Positions 48,393 to 57,685 of a stretch of DNA of 64,000 nt are shown here, one piece after another (positions within the stretch are counted from its first letter, which is position 1; every line of letters starts with the position of its first letter). The notes below the pieces were generated by a model that made no database searches, was not told where the DNA came from, and was given only the letters and a program-made list of their open reading frames with translations. Position numbers and translations under genes: made by a program. Where the stretch lies: IMG/VR virus record IMGVR_UViG_3300035191_000065. One strand, written 5' to 3'. This DNA comes from an uncultured virus (IMG/VR IMGVR_UViG_3300035191_000065). Taxonomy: Duplodnaviria > Heunggongvirae > Uroviricota > Caudoviricetes.

Positions 48393-48458
48393 TTCGTACC
48401 TCGGTCCTCGGCGTGCGCGGAAGCTGACCACGCCGAGGATGTATGTTCGTCTTGGGGA

Positions 48459-48797
48459 TTACGCGGCGAGTTTTGCGGCCCACTTTGCTGCGAGCTTGGC
48501 ACGCATGACCTCGATCGGCTCGATGAATTCGGGCCACACGACCGGGCCGTCGTGAAAGAGTGGTGTCTTGTGGTTGGTGCCCATCTTCCAGCCTCGTCGC
48601 CAGGATTCTTGGACGACGAGGTCGTGATAGGCAGCGAGCGCGGGTAGGAAGCCGCGCCAGCGGTTGACCTCGGGGTGATGTTGATAGCCCTTCTCGGGGT
48701 CGAGGATGATGTTGTTAATGGCGTGAATCTCGTTGTGAACGCCCGTGAGCCTCGGGCCGTCGAGGCAGAGCGGGGGGATTGGATACCAGACGCGCAA
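48459..48797 (-). CDS. Pyrimidine dimer DNA glycosylase / endonuclease V family protein
   Basis: MRVW..PP..LD..RL...H.E.H...GY.HHP...RW...L..YH..V.E..RRG. Confidence 0.7.
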   Translation of the reverse strand: MRVWYPIPPLCLDGPRLTGVHNEIHAINNIILDPEKGYQHHPEVNRWRGFLPALAAYHDLVVQESWRRGWKMGTNHKTPLFHDGPVVWPEFIEPIEVMRAKLAAKWAAKLAA

Positions 48798-48827
48798 TGT
48801 CAGCTCCTTTCTTCGTCCTGGGGATTT

Positions 48828-49142
48828 TTACTGAATAAACGCCTTTTCAGCGTCCTGGCCGAGAGCGGTAGCGGTCTCGCGGGGCAAATGGATGACGCGC
48901 CCGCTGCTAAGATCGGTCGCGGTGCCATCATAGCCCTTGGATCCGGGGGGGAAGCCCTGGTTCTCGATGTCGAATGAAGCGACAACGAAACGCCAGAGAG
49001 GAGATCGTCCGTAGGTGCCGGTGTAGCCCATCGCCTCTGGGTGGTCCTTAATGGGCAGCATTTCCCACTTGATTCTGCCTCGCTTAATAAATGCGAGGAA
49101 CTTGTCGTGGAGCTTGAGCATTTCAATCTCGGTCGGTGTCAT
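48828..49142 (-). CDS. Hypothetical protein
   Basis: SD present; operon packing. Confidence 0.55.
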   Translation of the reverse strand: MTPTEIEMLKLHDKFLAFIKRGRIKWEMLPIKDHPEAMGYTGTYGRSPLWRFVVASFDIENQGFPPGSKGYDGTATDLSSGRVIHLPRETATALGQDAEKAFIQ

Positions 49143-49314
49143 GGTCCTTTCCTTCCTCGTCCTGGGGACGGACGACCATAGTTTGCAACTGCTCTTTGAG
49201 GTTGCGCTCGAAGGTGGTCAGCTCCTCGTCGGGTGACTCGGCGTTCTCTTCCATCTCCTCCAGCGTGGCAAGCCAATGCTGGCCCCACTTGTTCCATCTG
49301 TCCTGTGTTGCCAT
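49123..49314 (-). CDS. Hypothetical protein
   Basis: AGGAGG SD; coupled to the upstream stop. Confidence 0.45.
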   Translation of the reverse strand: MATQDRWNKWGQHWLATLEEMEENAESPDEELTTFERNLKEQLQTMVVRPQDEEGKDHDTDRD

Positions 49315-50009
49315 CAGTCGTCCTCCTGATGCGCATCTGCCACGGCGCTGTCAGCGAGCTTCCCGGCCTCCTCGAATGCACGCTGAGTTTGGTCCTCTTT
49401 CCAGTCGAAGGGCTGCTCTCCGATGTCGATCGCGTAGTCGGAAAGCTCAGTCTCGGGGATTTCTTGAACATGGAAAGCGTAGGGAGCAGAATTCTCGTCG
49501 TAGGCGACGAGGCGCGCTTGCTCGGCGGACGGTGCGCGGACATAGACGTTGTCCCAGCTCCGATCGTCGTAGCAGAGAATGATCTCGTGATACTGGCATC
49601 GGGTGAGCCAGTGGGCGCACATGAACAGATCGAGTACCGTCAGTTCGTCGAACGACTCGGCGTCCACGATCTCGTGACCGAGTTTTAGCAGCTCATCGAA
49701 AACCTGATTCTCGGTTTTGTATTCGCAGTGGTCGGCGATGCCCCGGATCGCGTCGATGAGCTGGATGTCAGCCGAGTCAACGTAGCCAGCCAGTTCGATT
49801 AGCTTCTCTTTGACTCGCGGAAGAACTGGCGTGAACTCGATAACCGTTCCCTCGTGATAGCACTCGGAGCACTGGCACGATGAGTTATCGTTCCACTCGA
49901 CGTCGCCATAATCGTCAGTGCCGTCAGGGGCGACTTGGAATACGGATGTCGCTTCAATGCTGAACCAACCGCCGTCGTACCCGCACTTGGGGCACTTCAT
50001 ATCAGACAT
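49314..50009 (-). CDS. Hypothetical protein with N-terminal zinc ribbon
   Basis: Start MSDMKCPKCG with GAGGAGG SD. Confidence 0.65.
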   Translation of the reverse strand: MSDMKCPKCGYDGGWFSIEATSVFQVAPDGTDDYGDVEWNDNSSCQCSECYHEGTVIEFTPVLPRVKEKLIELAGYVDSADIQLIDAIRGIADHCEYKTENQVFDELLKLGHEIVDAESFDELTVLDLFMCAHWLTRCQYHEIILCYDDRSWDNVYVRAPSAEQARLVAYDENSAPYAFHVQEIPETELSDYAIDIGEQPFDWKEDQTQRAFEEAGKLADSAVADAHQEDD

Positions 50010-50118
50010 GGTATCCCTCCTCTCTGCGACGCGAAAGATTCTGCGACGCGATGGTCCCTCGCTGCGCGAAAGCTGACCAACGAGAGAAAACGTATTACTC
50101 AGTCCTGGGGATGAATTA

Positions 50119-50547
50119 TTACCGGGCGTAGATGACGAACCCGAGCCCCATGCTATCGGACTCGTAGTTTGCTGTCGTGTGAAACTCGCCGAGCCCATCG
50201 ACCATGACGGCGGGGCAGCACTTTCCGAACATGCCTCGACCGGAATAGTCCCAATTGATTTCGAGCCCCTGCTCCTCGGCGTCCCGAACGAACTGCTTTT
50301 GGTTGTCGCTCAGTTCGTAGTCGCAGTAGGCGCTCCAGTCCTCGTCTTCATCGTCTTCGCCGTCCTCGATGATGTCGCCCTCATGGTAGACGCCGACAAA
50401 CGAGACGTGCTCAACACCTTCGCGGTCCAGTCTTTCGAGCAGCTTCTCTTCTGCCTCCTCGGGCGTTGAGGCTTCGATGAACTTGGTGTTCCAGTGTCCG
50501 CCGGGCACTCCAAACCCAACATACATTTCATACTGTCGTTTCTTCAT
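50119..50547 (-). CDS. Hypothetical acidic protein
   Basis: GAGGAGG SD; YSGRGM.G..C...DSMGLG..IY motif recalled from phage early genes. Confidence 0.65.
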   Translation of the reverse strand: MKKRQYEMYVGFGVPGGHWNTKFIEASTPEEAEEKLLERLDREGVEHVSFVGVYHEGDIIEDGEDDEDEDWSAYCDYELSDNQKQFVRDAEEQGLEINWDYSGRGMFGKCCPAVMVDGLGEFHTTANYESDSMGLGFVIYAR

Positions 50548-50823
50548 GGTATCCCTCCTCTCTGCGTCCTGTAGACGCTAAAAACATGATTCTCGAAGCC
50601 GTACCTTACTCACCATCTACACCGGTTCGATGGCTTTCATCCACGCCTTCCCTTCTCGGTCGGCCTTTTCATGCCTTTCTCCCGTCTGTGACATGGGGGC
50701 GTTACCACCCTGGCCTTCATTCGTGATAACTCGGCATACCGACGCCTCCAGCGTCGAGAACCATGGTCCTCAAGCGGCGCGAAAGCTAACCGTCTTGAGG
50801 ATTTTTTGTTTGTCTATTGGTAG

Positions 50824-51297
50824 CTAGTTGATGCTGAAGTCGTGGCGAGGCTGAAGTCGAACGACAACAGCCTCGGGCTCTTGCCGCTCGCCAGCGATGG
50901 CGTCGAAAGCCGCGTGGGCTGCTCTCAGAGTGAGGTGGAAGTCTTCGAGAAGCTCAGCGATTGTGGCGACGAGCATCGCCATCTGTGCTTCCATGACGGG
51001 GATGAGCTTTCGAGCTTCTTCGGCCTGCGCGTGCCGCTCAGGTGTGATGATGACGATGTCGTCTGTGTCTGCGTCTTCAAGACGCTTTTCGTACTCGGCC
51101 TTCATGCGCTCAAGCTCGTTACCGTGCTTGGTGATCGCCTCGATTCCGCGCTCACAGACCGGGCAGTCGCACTCCCCGTGCATGTGCTTCCAGCGACCGA
51201 CGTCACGTAGGAGCGAGTTGATCGAGCAAGGGAGGCATGGGCACTGGTCCTCGTGCTCCATACGCTTGATTTCTTCTGCGACCAATGCTGCAAGCAT
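50824..51297 (-). CDS. Hypothetical Cys-containing protein
   Basis: Start MLAAL with AAAGGAG SD; two CxCxxC motifs. Confidence 0.6.
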   Translation of the reverse strand: MLAALVAEEIKRMEHEDQCPCLPCSINSLLRDVGRWKHMHGECDCPVCERGIEAITKHGNELERMKAEYEKRLEDADTDDIVIITPERHAQAEEARKLIPVMEAQMAMLVATIAELLEDFHLTLRAAHAAFDAIAGERQEPEAVVVRLQPRHDFSIN

Positions 51298-51409
51298 GGC
51301 TGCTCCTTTCTTCGTCCATTGTACAGGACGAACATAGTTGCTGACTTCTGACAAAAAAACTGGTCCCTGTTGCACGCGAAAGCTGCTGCAACAGAGAAGG
51401 TGTTAAAGG

Positions 51410-51664
51410 TTAATGGAGCCGCCGAGGGAATCCCGGCAGAGGGTCGGCCCGACCGATGGTTGCGGTCCAGCCGTCGTTGAAGTTGCGGCGCAGGTACTTG
51501 CACCATGCGGAAGCGGTGGTGTGATTCGAGCAGACCCGACGACCGCCGCGCCACTGAACGAACCAGCGACCCTTGTAGTAGTCCGGGTGATTGACGAAAG
51601 CTCCGATCGCTTCGCCGAACTGTGTCCATACAGAATCGGCTTCGACCGGCTCGGTTTGGGGCAT
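51410..51664 (-). CDS. Hypothetical protein
   Basis: Start MPQTE with AAAGGAG SD. Confidence 0.5.
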   Translation of the reverse strand: MPQTEPVEADSVWTQFGEAIGAFVNHPDYYKGRWFVQWRGGRRVCSNHTTASAWCKYLRRNFNDGWTATIGRADPLPGFPRRLH

Positions 51665-51693
51665 ATCATCTCCTTTCTTCGTCCTGGGGACGA

Positions 51694-52011
51694 TTATCTC
51701 CACTCTTCCAGCTCGTCCATGACGGCGAGGACGAGCCATTCCATGTGTTGGACGTTGTCGAGCATCTGCCCGTGCTCTGAGCAAACATCGAAAACGGTGG
51801 TGGTCCTGCGGCTGATATGGCTTTCGGCTCGCTCGCGAAGGCGCGAAACGTGCGCCATAAATTCCAGATGATACCAGCCGCCCTCTTCGTAGTAGTGCCA
51901 AGTGGAGCATTTGCAGGCGCCGTGGTATTCCTCGCCTTGACGGGGTTCGATGACCTGCTCACAGGTCGCGCATTCTTGCCTGCCCATGAGGTTTCGTTTT
52001 GCTTGTCTCAC
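51694..52011 (-). CDS. Hypothetical Cys-containing protein
   Basis: AGGAGG SD. Confidence 0.5.
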   Translation of the reverse strand: MRQAKRNLMGRQECATCEQVIEPRQGEEYHGACKCSTWHYYEEGGWYHLEFMAHVSRLRERAESHISRRTTTVFDVCSEHGQMLDNVQHMEWLVLAVMDELEEWR

Positions 52012-52020
52012 TTGAGCCTC

Positions 52021-52398
52021 CTATGCGCAGTGAACGCAGGTCCCGTGTTCGTCCTGGGTCTGGATGATGAGCTGGCCAGGCTTGGGCAGGGTGGGCTCGC
52101 GCCACGGCTTGAACTCGCCGCGAATCGTCTTGAGGATGTATTCGAGTGCTTTGGCGCGGCTGCACCAACTAAACGTGATGCTCTCGCACTGAAGCATGCT
52201 CGGCTCGTGAACGACAGCGTACTCCTGGGCTCCGTCCGGGCTCGTCGAGTCATTGAGGAAGAGATAATCCCCAAGACGAAACCCATTACAGCCGCACCAC
52301 GTCATCTCGGTGAGCTTGCGAGCGAGTTGCTTGGCGCCAGCCTCCAGAGAGACGGACTTGATGTCCGTCACGACTCGTCGTCTTCTTGGAAAAAGCAT
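52021..52398 (-). CDS. Hypothetical protein
   Basis: W..C.GF....LFLNDSTS.DGAQEYAV..ESITFSW conserved-looking motif; GAGGAGG SD. Confidence 0.6.
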   Translation of the reverse strand: MLFPRRRRVVTDIKSVSLEAGAKQLARKLTEMTWCGCNGFRLGDYLFLNDSTSPDGAQEYAVVHEPSMLQCESITFSWCSRAKALEYILKTIRGEFKPWREPTLPKPGQLIIQTQDEHGTCVHCA

Positions 52399-52475
52399 TT
52401 TATCCCTCCTCGCGTCCTGGGGACGCCGCTGGTCCCTCGCTGCCAGCTCCAAGGCCAGCGGCGAGAGAAAGTCAC

Positions 52476-52889
52476 TCACTCCTCGAACTCGAATGAATCA
52501 CCTGGAGTACCGCAGCACGGACACCGAGCGGGCTGTGCGCGATCGCGAAACTCGCACGATGGGCATTCGTAGTAGGGAGGAGAGTCGGGTTGTTCCGAGG
52601 GCGGTGGGATGGAGAAGTGGTTAATGAGAACGTCGAGGAACTGTGCCAGTGTGAACGCTGCGTGATCCTCGACGTCGTAGTCTGAGTATGATTCGTTGAT
52701 GATGAGAAGCCAGTCATCAAACCGCCGTGTTGGCACACCGTCCAGGGATTCGAGTCTGATCAGAGCGTCCTGAAGACACATGTCGGCCTGATCGCAAGTC
52801 GTGATGATGTCGGCAACTGGAGTCGCTCCGACATCATGCACGCACTCCTTCGCCTCTTTGATGTCGTCGATTAGTCCTTTGATAGTCAT
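52476..52889 (-). CDS. Hypothetical protein with C-terminal rubredoxin-like zinc ribbon
   Basis: YECPSC...P.RCPCCG. Confidence 0.6.
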   Translation of the reverse strand: MTIKGLIDDIKEAKECVHDVGATPVADIITTCDQADMCLQDALIRLESLDGVPTRRFDDWLLIINESYSDYDVEDHAAFTLAQFLDVLINHFSIPPPSEQPDSPPYYECPSCEFRDRAQPARCPCCGTPGDSFEFEE

Positions 52890-53131
52890 GACGTCTCCTC
52901 GATGAGCCGCTCAGTCTCGACATAATCGAGGTAGAGGTTGTGGTCGTGGAAGCGCTGGTCAGCGGCGTACTCGTTGGCGCAGTGCTCCGAGCAGAATGCC
53001 GAGTCCTGGGGATACACAGGCTCGCCATCCTCGTCAGCGTTGGGCTTTCCGCATACTGGGCACTCCTCGGGAATGTCGTATCCGCCTTGTGCTGCCAGGC
53101 AGTCGTGGCAGCCTCCGCACATACATCTCAT
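52886..53131 (-). CDS. Small Cys-rich protein
   Basis: CPVCGK...FCS..C; GAGGAGG SD. Confidence 0.55.
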   Translation of the reverse strand: MRCMCGGCHDCLAAQGGYDIPEECPVCGKPNADEDGEPVYPQDSAFCSEHCANEYAADQRFHDHNLYLDYVETERLIEETS

Positions 53132-53258
53132 GGTGTCCCTCCTCTCTGCGTCCTGGGGACGCATGTTGTTTAGTGGTCCCCGCCAGGGCTTCTCACACCC
53201 TGCCGGGAATGGTTTGGAATGTCGCCGGAACAGATTGGAATATTCGTCCTGGGGATGG

Positions 53259-53624
53259 TCAGTCTGCGTCCATCTCTTCGAGTAGCTCGCCGCTCTCGTC
53301 GCGCACGCTGATGATCTGGGCGCGCATCGAGTCGAGCGTTTCGAGCATGTCGTCGAGCCCCTCGGTGCGAATGGCGTGGGCCTCCAAGGCGAGGTTGAGC
53401 TTGCGCTCCTTCTCGCCGACGAGGTCGATCAGCTCGCCGATAAAAGTGTTCAGTGACTCGATGTTCTTGCAAAGAACAGGGATGTCCTCTTCGGTGCACT
53501 CCTCGGGCTTGGGGAGCGGCGCAGCCTTCATTAAGCTCCCACGTCGTCCAGCGAGGGCGAGTTGGAGCATTCCCTCGTAGGTGGCGGCGATGGGCTTGCC
53601 CTGTGCTTCGGTTTGCTCAGACAT
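53259..53624 (-). CDS. Hypothetical coiled-coil protein
   Basis: AGGAGG SD. Confidence 0.6.
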   Translation of the reverse strand: MSEQTEAQGKPIAATYEGMLQLALAGRRGSLMKAAPLPKPEECTEEDIPVLCKNIESLNTFIGELIDLVGEKERKLNLALEAHAIRTEGLDDMLETLDSMRAQIISVRDESGELLEEMDAD

Positions 53625-53734
53625 GTTGTCCCTCCTGTTTTACGTCCATCCTGGGGACGCTCTGTTGGTTCCCGTCGGGACTTTCACACCCCGACGGGAA
53701 AGTTTTGGAACGGCACTGGAACGAACTGGAATAC

Positions 53735-54418
53735 TCAGTGAGTCGTCGTGTCTGCTTCGGCCTCGCCCTCGGCCTCTGCCGCCTTCTTCTCGTTCATCAT
53801 CTCGACGTAGCGCTCCAGCGTTAGTAGGACCCGCTCGATCTCGTCGGGGTCCATGCTGATCGAACGGGTACGCATACCGGGGAATCCAGTCGAGCGGCGA
53901 GCCTTGATGCCGAGCTTCTCGAAGCGGGCGAGCTGCTTGTCGATGCGACGAGCGATCGCCAGATCCTCGGCTTCAGCCTCAGCCTTCTCGCGGGCCTTTT
54001 TCTCCTCCTCCAGATGGATTTCGAGGAGCGGCACGCGGTCCTCGTCGATGTGAGCCTGGGCTCCGGGTCCGCCAAGCTCGTAAACGTCTTCGGGGATGTC
54101 GCAGAGGCACGCCGAATCGGCTGAGTTGTTGTCGTGGTTGTTGACGGCGACACAGTAGTCGTTGCGGTAGTGGTGCGTAGTGGCGATTCTGATGTCGTGC
54201 TTGGCGAGCCAGCGGGCAGCCCGCTTTTGCTTCTTGCCGAACACATCGCGCTTCTGCTGTCGCCAGGGCTTGACGAGCTTGATCGTCGTCCCTTTGGCGA
54301 GGATGACAGCCCCCTCGTTCTCTTCCTTGTTCCAGTAGCGGCAAGCTAATGCCTTTTCAAATGGCACCAAATAACCTGCTAGCCGCTCGCGGCACTTCGG
54401 GCACTTTACCTCGATCAT
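53735..54418 (-). CDS. Hypothetical protein
   Basis: Start MIEVKCPKC with GAGGAGG SD. Confidence 0.65.
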   Translation of the reverse strand: MIEVKCPKCRERLAGYLVPFEKALACRYWNKEENEGAVILAKGTTIKLVKPWRQQKRDVFGKKQKRAARWLAKHDIRIATTHHYRNDYCVAVNNHDNNSADSACLCDIPEDVYELGGPGAQAHIDEDRVPLLEIHLEEEKKAREKAEAEAEDLAIARRIDKQLARFEKLGIKARRSTGFPGMRTRSISMDPDEIERVLLTLERYVEMMNEKKAAEAEGEAEADTTTH

Positions 54419-54537
54419 GTTGTCCCTCCTCTCTCGCTGCTCAGTGACTCGATTGGACCCCCCAACCGTGAGGGAGGGACGGTCCCAAGCCGAGGAGCCC
54501 AATCGGGCCACCGAGAAACGAAATGGTTAGTGAATCG

Positions 54538-54632
54538 CAAAAAAAGGCTAGTGAGGCGCAGACCGCGCCTCGAAATGCTCAGTGAAGCGGCAAAAAAAGC
54601 GCGGGCCGGTCGAGCCAGCCTCGCGCTTTTTG
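54538..54632 (-). terminator. Two tandem intrinsic terminators inside the early block
   Basis: Minus strand: GCGCGAGGC...GCCCGCGC+T7, then GAGGCGC/GCGCCTC...T7. Confidence 0.6.
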
Positions 54633-54662
54633 CGTCCCGTTCGCTTCGTCCTGGGGATGATT

Positions 54663-54730
54663 TGGGGCACGGCGCGGGAGTCGAACCCGCTCGACCGTCC
54701 TGGGGACGTTCGATCCTTGCTTTGCCGTGC
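54663..54730 (-). ncRNA. tRNA-like element (7-bp acceptor, T arm, D-replacement loop, CCCA end)
   Basis: GCACGGC-AAAGCAAGGA-[TCGAACGTCCCCAGGACGGTCGA]-GCGGG TTCGACT CCCGC-GCCGTGC-CCCA. Confidence 0.7.
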
Positions 54731-54795
54731 GCGGCTCGACCGTCCTGGGGACGATTGAGCCGGTTTCGGGTTGGTAACGATGTTTCGGAACCGAG

Positions 54796-55809
54796 CTAGA
54801 TCGCGCCGACCATGTCGTCGCCGTCGCCCGCGATCTCCTCCTCCACCTCGCCGTCGCCGAAGAGGTCGCCCTGGTCGGCGATCGCTTCGGTTTCGGCTTC
54901 GGCGGACTGGTCCGCGAGTGCCGCCGCCTGGACGAGCGCGGCCTGCATATCGCTGATCATGTCGGAGTCCACGGTGTTGAGCGCGGCCTCATACTCTTCG
55001 TCGGATTCCTTGCTCGCCTTGACCCAAGCCGTCGCCGACTTGCGGATCGAAGCGACCATGTCGGTCACGGCGAGCCCGGCCTCTTCGGGGAGCAGAGTGG
55101 AGAATGACTTGGCTTCGGCGATCGCCTTGCGGGCGAGGTCCGCCCGAATCTTGGCGATGATGGCGATCCGCTGCTCGCGGGGGGCCTTCATGACCTCTTT
55201 CGCGGTCTTGAAGTCGCCGAGCTGGTTGGCGCGGGCGTTCTCCAAGATCGCTTGCTCGTCGGCCTGGACTGCGCCATTGACGCGCTCCAAGATGTCGCCG
55301 AGCTGCTCGGTGACAGCCGCGATAGTGCCGCTGTTGTTGCCCTCGACACTGTACAGACCATAGCGAAAGACGAGGTCCATGGTTTGAGCGGTCTTGTTGA
55401 ACGCCTTGACCCGGTTGTGGCAAGCGGAGAGGGTCTGCGCAAGCTCTTGCTTGCGGTGTGCCGCGACGATCAGCCCCACGGCGGTTTCGCAGCCGAGCTT
55501 TTTGACGTCACGATGCACCTTGGCCCGCTCTTTGTCTGCCCGCTTTAGCTCGTCCTCGTCGTAAATGACGCGGACTGCTTTCCAGGTCTCGGTTTTCTTA
55601 CCACCCTTGCCCTTGCGGACCTTGATGTCCTCCCGTTTCGTCTCGCGCCCACCCCGCATATGACAGGTCAGGTTGACGAGAATGCCGGGGAGAATCGACT
55701 TGATGACGAGAGACTCGGGATCGATCACATGAACGATCTCGGGGGTGCTCTCGGTGGTCTCCTCGGTGGTCTCCTCGGTGGTCTCGGTTCCGTTTGTCTC
55801 GTTAGCCAT
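54796..55809 (-). CDS. Hypothetical helical protein (337 aa) following the AAA module
   Basis: Start MANET with AGGAGG SD. Confidence 0.7.
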   Translation of the reverse strand: MANETNGTETTEETTEETTESTPEIVHVIDPESLVIKSILPGILVNLTCHMRGGRETKREDIKVRKGKGGKKTETWKAVRVIYDEDELKRADKERAKVHRDVKKLGCETAVGLIVAAHRKQELAQTLSACHNRVKAFNKTAQTMDLVFRYGLYSVEGNNSGTIAAVTEQLGDILERVNGAVQADEQAILENARANQLGDFKTAKEVMKAPREQRIAIIAKIRADLARKAIAEAKSFSTLLPEEAGLAVTDMVASIRKSATAWVKASKESDEEYEAALNTVDSDMISDMQAALVQAAALADQSAEAETEAIADQGDLFGDGEVEEEIAGDGDDMVGAI

Positions 55810-55853
55810 GTTGTCCCTCCTGCCGGCTTGATACATTGCCGGCTGTTGTTTCC

Positions 55854-55920
55854 CGGTCTCCGACGCGGGGGTCGAACCCGCTCAATCATCCTGGGGACGA
55901 TTGAACCACATTTGCCGGAG
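55854..55920 (-). ncRNA. tRNA-like element, sibling of 54663-54730
   Basis: CTCCGGC-AAATGTGGT-[TCAATCGTCCCCAGGATGATTGA]-GCGGG TTCGACC CCCGC-GTCGGAG-ACCG. Confidence 0.7.
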
Positions 55921-55978
55921 AGGATCGACCGTCCTGGGGACGATCGATGCGTTGTAGAATGAAGACGCTTGCGCGGTC

Positions 55979-57685
55979 TCACCAGGGGTCGGTCAGGGCT
56001 TCACGATTGAAAATCGGTGTACCGGGCGCGGGGGCTTCGCCTTCGTCCTGGGGACGAACAGGCGTGCTCTCGACCTGATCGGGGTCCGGGTCGCTGGCGC
56101 GGCGTGCGCGCCCCTTGGCCCAGTCCCGAAGAGCGGCGAGCTTGGCCTCATAGGTGACGCTCATGGGAACGATGTCTTTCGCCGCCTCGACGACGTCGTC
56201 GGTTGTGACAGTGTCGTCTTTCGACTCGCCCTCACAGTATCGAGCCCACGCAGTCAAGATTGCCTCTTTGACCGACTCCTCGATTTCACTGCCCGTGAAA
56301 CCGGCGAGCTTGCCAGCGATCGACTTGACCGACTTCGCGGGGAGCTTGCGCTCACTCCGCTTGTTGAGGTGAATGTTGAGGATGGTTTCGCGGTCGGCCT
56401 GGTTGGGCAGATCGACAAACCAGATTTCGTCCACGCGCCCCTTGCGAGTCAGCTCGGGCGGGAGCCCGCTGATATCGTTCGAGGTGATGCAGGTGAACAC
56501 CTGAGATTGACGCTCCTGGAGCCATATCAAGAGCAAGCGGACCAGCGTTCGCTTGCTCCCGCCGTCATTCTCGCCGCCACTGCCAAGCGCTTTCTCGATT
56601 TCATCGATCAGCACGGTGCAGGGGGCGAGTGCATCGACCGTCCGCAAGGCTTCGGCCATTCTGGTCGCAGTCTCGCCAACGATTCCGCCCTCACACTCGC
56701 TGAGGTTGAGAACGATCAAGGGCTGTTTGAGCGTTGCCGCCGTGGCGCGTGCCGTGAGGGTCTTTCCACCCCCTGGCACACCGACGAAAACGCAACCCTT
56801 GGGCTCATCGATACCGCGCTCCCTCGCCGCTTGAGTGAAGGCGTGGGTTCGCTTGTTGAGCCATCGCTTGTAGTGGTCGAGCCCGCCGACCTGGCCCATT
56901 TGATGGGCCTCACCCTCGAAGCTCACACCGTGGACCGATGCAAGCTCTTCGGCCTTCAGTCGACTAAGACGCTCTGGATCGACGTCGCCATGCTCGACAA
57001 AGTCGAGCTTGATCAAGTCGGTCGCTTGACCCACGCCTAACCCTCGTAAAGCGAGAGCACAGTCGCGGGGGTGAACGCCTTTTGCACCGAGCTTTGCAAG
57101 AGCGTTTTTGGCGTTTGAAGTCAACACCTCGACACTCGGCAATCCCGGCTTGACCAGCGCAATGTGTCGCCGCAAGTCATCCTTGATCTGGTCGGAGACC
57201 GAGACCAGGACAACCGTGGTGAGCGTGTTGCGCAACTCACGGGCGCAGTCCTTCAACGCTCGCCGCCACGGGTCGGAACCCATGAACATGTGAGCGTCCC
57301 TGACCACGAGGATCATGGGTTGCGTTTTGTTCTCCAGGGCAAATTTCTTAGCCTGGAGAATCGCCCCGTGAGGGCTCGAAGCCATTTGAGCGTTTGGAGC
57401 GAAATTGTCGGGGATCGGCGTGTTGACTGCCTTGCCGTTGATTCGCTCTTCGAGCCAACCATCAGCGTGCGTCCAACCAGGCTTGCCGTCCAGGCCACTG
57501 GTCAGAGACCAGATAGCGCAGATTCCCTTGTGCCCCTTGAAGTCCATGTTTTTCGCGAGATTTGCCAGTCCACTTTCGGCTCGTTGCTCCTCACCGGTGA
57601 GAAACCAGATCACGGGAACCCGCGCCGAGATGATGGTCTGCACACGCGCAAGCATGTTCTTACCATTCTTTTTGTTAGCTGCCAT
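55979..57685 (-). CDS. AAA+ ATPase, Ycf46/SpoVK-like
   Basis: VGGL..K.WL, PKG...GVPGGGKT, LIDEIEK, TSNDIS.LPPEL.RKGR.DEIWFVDLP, LRDWA..RAR.AS. Confidence 0.88.
   Translation of the reverse strand: MAANKKNGKNMLARVQTIISARVPVIWFLTGEEQRAESGLANLAKNMDFKGHKGICAIWSLTSGLDGKPGWTHADGWLEERINGKAVNTPIPDNFAPNAQMASSPHGAILQAKKFALENKTQPMILVVRDAHMFMGSDPWRRALKDCARELRNTLTTVVLVSVSDQIKDDLRRHIALVKPGLPSVEVLTSNAKNALAKLGAKGVHPRDCALALRGLGVGQATDLIKLDFVEHGDVDPERLSRLKAEELASVHGVSFEGEAHQMGQVGGLDHYKRWLNKRTHAFTQAARERGIDEPKGCVFVGVPGGGKTLTARATAATLKQPLIVLNLSECEGGIVGETATRMAEALRTVDALAPCTVLIDEIEKALGSGGENDGGSKRTLVRLLLIWLQERQSQVFTCITSNDISGLPPELTRKGRVDEIWFVDLPNQADRETILNIHLNKRSERKLPAKSVKSIAGKLAGFTGSEIEESVKEAILTAWARYCEGESKDDTVTTDDVVEAAKDIVPMSVTYEAKLAALRDWAKGRARRASDPDPDQVESTPVRPQDEGEAPAPGTPIFNREALTDPW

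Noticed and set aside
44000..55920. Canonical tRNA genes at the three GGTTCGA T-loop sites
   Set aside because: No D arm and no proper 7-nt anticodon loop with U33; reported as tRNA mimics instead
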